Positions 55,347-64,000 of a stretch of 64,000 nt of DNA are shown in pieces. Both the position numbers and the translations under genes were made by a program. The notes beneath the pieces are model-generated. The model was given only the letters and a program-made list of their open reading frames with translations. It had not been told where the DNA came from and searched no databases. The DNA lies in the NCBI GenBank assembly GCA_002269645.1, contig NIVC01001794.1, forward strand, positions 172,790 through 236,789, in the 5' to 3' direction. Every line of letters starts with the position of its first letter. Position 1 is the stretch's first letter. The stretch is from Macrostomum lignano (taxonomy: Eukaryota).

Positions 55347-55452
55347 GCTCGCCAACTCTGCCAGCAAGAAGTAACGGATCTGGGTGTTACATCGACAAAT
55401 TATAATAGATTTCGAGTAACGCGTTAAAATAATTTACAAACGAAACAACAAA

Positions 55453-55568
55453 AGGGGTCGTACTATAAAGCCGTCGTAGCGTAAGTTCGATCGTACATCG
55501 GAACTTTTACACTACGAAGATAGGAGCTAAGAACGATCATATCTTACGATGGCTTTATAGAACGGGCC
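55453..55568. mobile_element. short MITE-like element (possibly PIF/Harbinger-type ends)
   Basis: CTATAAAGCCGTCGTAG and TTACGATGGCTTTATAG form an imperfect inverted pair about 100 bp apart. Confidence 0.4.
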
Positions 55569-56404
55569 ATAAACTCTCTATTTCTACAAGGATCACACTC
55601 AAATATTCATTTCAGCGCGTCTTTAAATAGTTTTTACTTTGGTTGGAAATGTTTATTGCTTTTTAGAAATTCCTTCTTCACCTCGTGCTTTGTACTTTAA
55701 TACCTCATTTTCGTTGGCATTTGACCGAGATCATATCATTCCTAAGCAAGTTTTTTTGTATTAAATTTGTACCAGATTAATTTTTAGATAACATGTAGAT
55801 TTTTCTGCATAAATTTTTGTAGCTATGTACAATAGTATTATAGTGTAGTTAGCGGTGTTCGTTTCAAAAGTTTTTTACGTCACATATCGGTGGCTTAAGG
55901 CTAAATTTTCGGAGTCTGAAATGCGAGTAATTGCATAAAACAATGGAATTCCCTTTTGCTTTCTGAGCTTTTGTGTTGTTAAATGTTTTAGGCAGTTGGG
56001 GGCAAACTTTCCGCTTTATGTTTTTTTCTATAAGAACATGAAATTATTTTTGCTAAAAAATAAAGTTTTAACCTGATGGCTTTGGATGGATCCGATTTAA
56101 TGCGATGTTTTGAACAATTGAAATCTGTATGCAGGAGGGGTTGTTTGTCATTTTGCACATTTACTGCAGGTGTAGGCAAGAGTCAGATGGGTAAAAAGCA
56201 TTTGCAAAGTCTAAAGAGATGAAAGAAAAAGAAAGAAAATACTTCTCATTGTTTCGGCTGGGTTCTGTTGCACCGAGATAGAAAGCTCGCAACCCCAACT
56301 TCATGCAAAAGTTGTGGCAATAATATATTGAGTTCGGAATGCGGGGTAATAAATAAACGTAATATTAAAGTGACTATCAACGAATTGAAGGTGCTTTTCA
56401 AGGA

Positions 56405-56575
56405 ATCGAGGGTGATTATCAAGAAATTGAGGGTGATTATCAAGGAATTGAGGGTGATTATCAAGGAATTGAGGGTGATTATCAAGGAATCGAGGGTGAT
56501 TATCAAGAAATTGAGGGTGATTATCAAGGAATTGAGGGTGATTATCAAGGAATTGAGGGTGATTATCAAGGAATC
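56405..56575. repeat. 21-bp minisatellite (GAGGGTGATTATCAAGGAATT), about 8 copies
   Basis: Direct tandem array. Confidence 0.95.
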
Positions 56576-57205
56576 GAACGCAATCGAAAATTAGTTGTCC
56601 AACAAAATTTTATCGCAAATCCAAATGGCCAATAACTTCCATTATGCTTTTATAAAACCTCTGTAACTTAAGAAAAAAGAGCAAATCTTTTGCGCACTCT
56701 CATTTTTCTGATATTTACTTTTGATTAGAAGATTAAACAAAGAAAGAAAACATCTTGATACCATTGAAGTGTCACACTCGAATGCCTAAGGTATAGAATA
56801 TCATCACACTTTGTAATAAATAAACAGTTTATTATATCATCTACAGAGTTGGAAGAATTACAGAACTCAAACAGGATTGCCTGCAATCAAGTTAAAAATG
56901 TTTTTTAAGTGTATCGTTGCTGATTAAACTACTTATAGTATTATTGAGCAAAATTAGTATAGAATGTTTAGAATTCGCAAGATAAAAAGGTTAAATAAAA
57001 AGGTTGTATTTGTTATTTATACCACTTTTACAATTAAATAATCTATATGGATATATAGAATTGTTTTTGCAAACAAAGCATAACAAACTTTCATAAATTT
57101 GATGGAACTCTTTAGAACAACTGATATGTGGAAGACAGAATTGTCTGATTGTTATACCGAAGCAAAAAGCTGATCAACATTTGTACTTTTAGTTGCAGTT
57201 GTACA

Positions 57206-60200
57206 TCAGGCATCGCCGATCAGGGCCAGAAGAATCTTGCGATAATCGCCGCTGGTGTCGTCCTTGATCCATTCGGCGAGGCTCTGCCCGAACTCCTTCT
57301 GGAAGGCGGTCTTGATCTGAACCATGTCCACCTCGCAGCGGCTGATCACGATGCGAAGCAGCGTCTTGTCGTTGGTGCCTGGAGACGAATAGAGGGCGTT
57401 GAATAGAGGATGTGCAACCGACAGCTCAGCCGCAGCTATTGCGCGGCGCATCTGAAGGCTGCTGCGTACGGCTGTTCAGACCAAGGACTGGAGGGTTGCC
57501 ACACGTACCCTCAATTACCCCAGCTAATGCTGGCACCCATTTTACCGCTGGGTGAACTGAAGCAATTCAGAGTTGAGTGTCTCGCTCAAGGACAAATTGT
57601 TCCAGCGGGATCGCGGATCGAACCCCTGACCCCGTTCAGTCGTGAGTTCAACGCTCTAACCACTACGCTACAACCCCATCAGACCAATCAGGAATCCAGA
57701 GTGTCTCACTCGCTGACTGCGGATCGGTTGTCGCCTTGAATAGTTACAACATTAGGACAGATATTTTTGCCATCAACCCCTCCCTTTCACTTAAAGTGAC
57801 ACTTTAAATATAGAAAGTCTGAAAACCTCAAAGTTTTTTTACACAATGCTCAATTTCTTGAAAAATTTTCCCACATTGCTTGTCACGCTCGCTCGATCCT
57901 TTTCTCTCTGATTGAGCATGATTGAGTCACTTACCCAGGCCCTTCATCGCCTTCTGCAGCGACTTAGCAAAATAGGCCGGCTTGTTCTGAATGCAGCGGA
58001 CCAGAGTCAGCATGGCGCGGAGCAGGTCGCCAGACATCTCCGCCTTCAAGGAGTCCTCGAGCGTCTTGCCGGTCAATTTCTCGTATTCGGCAAACAGGGC
58101 GCGCAGGTGGGCGTTGTTGTTGCCGCAGAGGATCTCGTTGAACTTGCTCTCGTCCGTGCCCCACTTGCCGACGCCGGCCTCCTGCAGGGCCTGGGCGTCC
58201 TTCTTCACCTGCTCCGGATCGTAGGAGCTGCCCTCCGGCCGGGCGCCGGTGAGCAGAGACACCAGAATGCGCTTGAAGTGGCCGGATGTGTCCGACATAA
58301 CGTCGTCCTCAAGTTCGCGATTGTAAGCTGAGTTTGGTGTGCGGTATTGGAGTCGAAGAGTTGTTAGAAAGTTCATGACTCATTGGGATGGAATTTTGCA
58401 CGCTGTTTTTAGTTGTTTTCAGTGCGTGGTGTGTTTCGCCTTTCAGGGTCAGAGGGTGAGTTTCGTGAGCCAATAGTTGCTGTGTCTATAGTACGTAGTG
58501 CATTGTGCCCTTCAGGAGTCAGAGAGCTTTTCTGAACAAATCGTTCGGTTCCAGTAGATTAACCATCCATCTGGAATGCTTATTTTGGCCAGGGCATACA
58601 ATATGAATCTGATCACTGAAAGCGGAGCAAACTCACTGGCTTTGTAGATTTTCTTGATCTCCTCGATTTGGGCCTGCGTTCTGGTGCAGATGACCTCAAT
58701 CAGGCAGTCCTCGTCCGTGCCCAGGCCCTTCACCGCCTCGCGAAGCTCTTTAGCGTCGTACTCGGCCGGTCCCAGGCACAGATTCTGGCAGATCTTGTTG
58801 AAATTGCCGCTCAGCTCGCTGTCCAACTCGCGTTTGAGATCTTTGCCGTATTTCATCTTGAAGGTGCGCACAATTTCCATACGCTGGGTGACGGTCCGAT
58901 GGCCGAGCACGTTGATGATGCTCTCTTCGTTGGTGCCCAAACCTTTCATCGCCTTGCGCAGCTGCTCCGCATCGGCCGCAGCGCTGAAGTTCGGATACGG
59001 CTTCAGCGTGCCCTCCTGGACGTACTCCTCCTGCAAGAAGAAGGCCTCCCCGGCCGGCTCTGGTGGCTTTTCCTCCTTCAGCACAATGGCGTCCGCCTTC
59101 TCGTGGTCGGTCTTTTTCACCTGTAGAAAGTGCAATTTTGCAATTTTTGCAATACTTTCTGCTGCAGACACCGATGACTAATAGAGCACACAGATCTAGT
59201 TATTCGCACCTCAGTCTCCACTTTGTGACTTGGCGGCGGCGGCGGCTTCTCCGCCTTCTTGGGCGGCGGCGGCGGGGCGGCGGCGCAGGGTCCCTGCTGG
59301 CACTCTTTGAGGGAGGCATAAACGGCTTCGGTTTTGGATCCGAGCTCCGCTTGTTGATTGACTTTGGCGCGTGCAGCGGCTTCTTGTGCCCCGGCTTGGC
59401 GATGTGGATGGTCAGTAGGAATGAGTCGTCTGACTCGTCAAGTTCAGCTGACAGCACCTGCATCGGCAATGTGGAAAACTTCAAGCTTCTCATCGGCTTT
59501 AGAGTGACAGGCTCGGCGCGAGCAGGATAAAATTTCTTAGAAATTAAGACCAATTTGATTATTTCATGAGTAAGCTTACCTTGCCAAATTTCTGGTCCTC
59601 AATGGCAGCTTGAAATCCTCCATCTTTCCGCGCGAACTGCAGCAAGTGCGCGTAGACGTGCTGCAGCTGAGTTTTAAAGTCGCCGTCGCCCTTGCTGACA
59701 GGCAGGCAGGGCGGATCGGCGACGATCTTCTCAACCTTCTCAGTCTTCTTGGACTCGTCCACTAGGCGCCGGATGTCGTCCAGGGTGCTCTTGCGAGTCT
59801 CGTCCATGCGCTGCGACAGCTGTTGAGTCAGCTGGTTCAGCTGCTGCGGAGTCACGCCCTGTTGTGTGTTTTTTTCGCAACTAGTAAGAAAATGTTGTGC
59901 CAGCACCAACTTTAAGTAGGTTTTTAAGTATGAGCCCCCCGAGGGCCCTGACATTTTCACTCTGCAGTGTCCTCCCTCCCGTCCCGGCAGCATTCTAATC
60001 TAGCCACTCGTACGCTTGTAGCAAGCTTGGTGGCGGCGGGTCACTGCCGGCGTGAGCGCGTCAACTTTTACGATATTAGGGCCAATTTTTTCCTACGATT
60101 AGAAAAACGTAACGCCTAAAGATGAGACAGTTTTTAGCGCACAGATTTCCCAGATCTGCCTTTATGCTCGTATGGGAAAAGTTTTAAAGAAAAGGTCTGA

Positions 60201-61395
60201 AATTTTCGTGTTAGGAAGACACTTGGTGGCAATGACATTTAACTTCAACCGTATCTTAGAGTTATCCAAAAGGTTTTAGCAACAATCTAAATTAGCAACT
60301 AGCGATCGTTGACGATATTTATAGATAAAGGCACTTGTTTAAGCAGGTAAAAATGCCTAAAATCAAAGCATGACAATTTTTGAGCAGCACGTTGAATGGA
60401 GCACTTATTACCTGCAGCGAAGGGTCTGGCAAAGCGGGCACGGCGCTGGGCGGCTGGCCTGGGAAGCCGCCGCGGAAGTTCACATCGTTTGGGGTGCGCA
60501 CCTCCCAGCCGAGGCCCCCGGTGGGACGCCCGCTGCGCCGCCTCCGTACAGGTTGATCTGCGTGCCGGAGTGATTGACAGCTGAAAAGCCCTGGTCAGGC
60601 ACCGACGAAGCTGAGAGATCGTCAGCCGGGTCTGTCCTTTCCCAGGCTTCGTACGGACCGCTGGCAGCTGCGGCAGCCGCCGAGGCACCACCAGCACCGG
60701 AGCGGCGCAGGCGATCGCGGGAGTTGCTGCGTCTGCCGCCGCCGTTGCGCCGTCGCGTCGAAGGCCGTCTCGAGGTCGCTGTCCCAGCTGGAAAGTTCGA
60801 CGGGATTTCGAGGATATGAGGGTTAGGGTTAGGGTGTGTGCACCTGTATATATATATATATGTTCTCAGAGAAACGACCAATGCACTCAACCCATACTTC
60901 AGCAGCTACAACAGCACTAATCGCTCACCCATTAATATCGGAGTTGCTGACGCTGCTCTGATCAAGGCAGTCGTCGATCTCGTTCCAACCGTGCACATCC
61001 TCGCAGTGATAGGTTCGTGAAGTGACGAAACTCTGCTGCTTGGTGACGCGGTGCATGGCAACCGATTTGACAATGCGTTTGCCCGGCTTCAGGCAGAAAG
61101 GAGCCCGGTACTGGAATGTGACCTCGCGACCGTTCAAAAATCGCTTGTTGGGATCCGGTCGCGTGCCGTCGGTTGTGAAGAAAATGTTGCAGTTGTTGCT
61201 CTCTGAAACGTGCAACGGTTGTTTTATAGATAGCCTTCACAATTTAAGTGATTAAATCTAACAAAAATCAAAATCAGTAGCGCACCGGTGGACATTTCAA
61301 TGTAGGTTGAGTGTCGATGCAGGTGCTGGCTTGCCATTCACGTGGCTCCTCAGCGGCGTAACGACTGGGGCTGCAATTCCGCCTGCGGACGGCAT
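57206..61395 (-). CDS. annexin (four-repeat core) with a long N-terminus including a DZANK1-like Fn3-associated/chitobiase-type domain; frameshifts in the N-terminal exons
   Basis: Core motifs KAMKGLGTNE, AVKGLGTDEDCLIE, GKWGTDESKF, GTNDKTLLRIVISRCEVD and DDTSGDYRKILL at 57206-59120. Upstream exons 61395-61286, 61202-60928, 60788-60415, 59880-59580 and ~59535-59209 have canonical splice sites and join in phase if single-base indels are corrected. Confidence is high for the core and lower for the fusion. Confidence 0.8.
57410..57680 (-). mobile_element. tRNA-derived CORE-type SINE, copy 3, in the last annexin intron
   Basis: Reverse complement shows TAGCGTAGTGGTTAGAGCG (A box), GGTTCGATCC (B box), the CORE segment and the same 3' body. 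Confidence 0.85.
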
Positions 61396-62374
61396 CTGAA
61401 ATGTTAAATAATGGTCGGTATATTGAAGAAACAGGACGTTCGTCCTGCATGGATGTAAAATTATAGTTTTAAAATATATTGTTACAAAACTACTGTTGAC
61501 TTAGTATAAAATGTGCATCACAAAATTCATCATAGCTTACTTATTTACTTTTTGTCATAAAAATCATATTAAATTTCAATTTAAGAGGAAGAATTTACGC
61601 TTTGACAATTAAAAATACTAGCTAGTAAACAGAATTCTTCAAGTACATTCAGTTCTATGAATACAATGTCTATATTTTAGCTATTGTTAATGATCTTGGC
61701 TTAAAGCAAGTGATATTAAAAAATACTAAAAAGGAACCATAGACAAATTCCAAAGAGCTGATATTTTACATAATTTGACATTTAAAAGTAGCTGTGTGCA
61801 AATTATGATGATTTTTATAATTCAATATAAAGAATTTGTAAACATCATCATTTAAAGTGATACAAAATAATTCTTTTGCTTTATTTCAAGCTAAATAAGA
61901 AAGTTAGAAAAAGTAAAACACAGTTGAAATATTATTTTAAAAGGACCACCAAGCAACAAAAATTTAAGTTGAGTTAAATGTTAAATCGTTTAATTATATA
62001 AAGTTTAACTTAAAGATTGTTGGTTTATATAGCCTGACATGACACTGTGAAATGCTACAAATAAAAACAGTAAAATACTTTAAAAAAGCGAAATAAAAAC
62101 AAAGTCTATCTTTTCTTGCGTTAATATCAAGGATTTTAAAATTAGAATATAAAGTACTTGTTATTACATTAGCTATCGTAGATATTATACTTTATAGATA
62201 AGAAATTCAGAAACAAAAATGATACCGTACACGCAAGTCAAATTCCCTGCACTACAAAAATACTAAAATTTAATGTACAATTAGTGTGGAAAAATTGTAA
62301 TAAAACTTTAATGTTGTGCTTTTAATCTGAAACTTGAGCTGAAAGCATTTTGTAAGAATTCATTGCATAGAGTT

Positions 62375-62401
62375 TGTTTATATGCATGTTGTCAAGACAA
62401 A
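62375..62401 (+). promoter_or_regulatory. forkhead site plus X-box upstream of CFAP107
   Basis: TGTTTAT (62375-62381) and GTTGTCAAGACAAA (62388-62401), about 110 bp above the ATG. Confidence 0.5.
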
Positions 62402-62507
62402 GTACAAGACAATTTTTAAAAATGAGTTAACAAACATTTATAACTTATCCTATAGATAATTTTGAGTTTTAGAGTTTTCAAGACACTTCTGGTAGTGAAT
62501 GCAATAA

Positions 62508-63138
62508 ATGGACCCTGGAGCATCAAACTGGGACGTTTCAAAACGTTATAAAACAGACGTTCTAGTCGGAAATTGGTTTGAAGAACGACTAGTGTACGAT
62601 AGAAAGAACCATACGCATCCATCGAGCTACAGCATCGACTTTCAACAAAGGGGATACCAGCAGCCAGATGTTGTGCTTCGAAGGAACGGCTGATTCGCTC
62701 TAACGAGTAGGTAAGGAAATACTGCTAGCCCATCACGGCGATGCCTACAAGAAAAACTGGATCACTTGGTACGACGAGGACTTCAACGGTCGAGGCTTGC
62801 CTAGGAACCCCCCGCTGCGCGACTGGCACTCTGGCAACATGGCCTGGAGCCCGGAGCGCTCAGACTTCCCGCGTCCAGGGCAGCCCGACCAACTGGGGCT
62901 TGAAGGAAAGACTAGACAAGCGATGGAATACCAGTCTACAGGAGCGCTCGCCACCACGTCAAAGAATGACTTCAGTACTACGTACAACGCGTCATATCTG
63001 AAGCCGAGAACGGAGGACCTGCTGGCTGCACGACAGCCGAGCTTCCTGCCACCAATCAGCGGGAGGATGCCGGCAAACACCGGCAGTCAGGACAAGTTCG
63101 AGGAGCCGGCCCAGAAGCTGTCGGTCGTGGCCACCTAG
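62508..63138 (+). CDS. CFAP107: cilia- and flagella-associated protein 107 (C1orf158), intronless here, with four apparent frameshifts
   Basis: Segments KRYKTDVLVGNWFEERL, QPDVVLRR, KEILLAHHG...ITWYDEDFN...NPPLRDW...WSPERSDFP, PTNWGL and STTYNASY follow human C1orf158 (KYSTKVLTGNWMEER, PPLRTW, WLPEKSDFP, PTNYGL, STYTSSY) but switch frames. Confidence 0.82.
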
Positions 63139-63504
63139 ACAGCCGCGTTCTTATACTTTAGCTTGTACAATACCGAACAATCAGCAGCCCTTTGCTATTT
63201 GGCCTAATCTTTTTGACAGACTTTTCGCAAATGGATATCGAATTTCTGAACGGCAACAAACAGAGAAAAACGTTTTATTTCACTATTGAACTCTGGCCAT
63301 GCGTGCGAATCAAATTCAGTTCTTTATGTATAGTAGATGGCTAAGTGTGAAACGTCACTGCCAGGACCTAGTGCATGTATACGCTTCAACATGAGAACTT
63401 GTTACTCGTAACAGTTTGTGCGGCACAGATAGCAAATATATATTAAAAAGCTCACTCATGCTGCCTTCCTTAGATTATTTATACGCTCGTATTTTCTTGT
63501 AGCA

Positions 63505-64000
63505 CTTGAAGCAGTGAAATGGATGGATGAAGCACTTGAAGCAGTGATATGGATAGATGAAGCAGTGAAATGGATCGATGAAGCACTGATATGGATGGAT
63601 GAAGCAGTGAAATGGATGGATGAAACAGTGAAATGGATGGATGAAGCAGTGAAATGGATGAATGAAGCAGTGAAATGATGGATGAAGCAGTGAAATGGAT
63701 GGATGAAGCAGTGAAATGGATGGATGAAGCAGTGAAATGGATGGATGAAGCAGTGAAATGGATGAATGAAGCAGTGAAATGGATGGATGAAGCAGTGAAA
63801 TGGATGGATGAAGCAGTGAAATGGATGGATGAAGCAGTGAAATGGATGGATGAAGCAGTGAAATGGATGAATGAAGCAGTGAAATGGATGGAGGAAGCAG
63901 TGAAATGGATGAATGAAGCAGTGAAATGGATGGAGGAAGCAGTGAAATGGATGGATGAAGCAGTGAATGAATGGATGAAGCAGTGATAATGGATGGATGA
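63505..64000. repeat. 21-bp minisatellite (GAAGCAGTGAAATGGATGGAT)
   Basis: Tandem array running off the window end. Confidence 0.97.

Noticed and set aside
62709-62716. AG|GTAAGG as an intron donor explaining the CFAP107 frame break
   Set aside because: Homologous coding sequence (GKEILLAHHG) continues straight through, leaving no room for an intron.

Overview
Eukaryotic (animal) genomic DNA: GT-AG introns, GC-rich exons, short AT-rich introns and many micro/minisatellites. The style resembles a free-living ciliated flatworm such as Macrostomum; that is my inference, not proven. Host genes in order: RSPH14 (+); an ADAM metalloprotease (-) ending in a Ser/Thr stalk and a GPI-like tail; a gustatory-receptor-like 7TM gene (-); IQCA1/DRC11 (+) with a duplicated IQ-motif exon pair and Gly-Lys-Lys microexons; a five-copy cluster of an unnamed ~180-aa protein family (three on -, two on +, the + copies ending in CaaX); an annexin (-) apparently fused to a DZANK1-like N-terminal domain; and CFAP107/C1orf158 (+). 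Mobile DNA: one complete Ty3/Gypsy element (LTRs, TSD, tRNA-Ser PBS, single gag-pol ORF), a decayed Gypsy, two LINE fragments, two tRNA-derived SINE families (one CORE-type) and MITE-like inverted repeats. From about 59.2 to 63.1 kb coding exons carry many single-base indels, probably assembly errors. All homology calls come from remembered motifs and manual translation; no database search was run.
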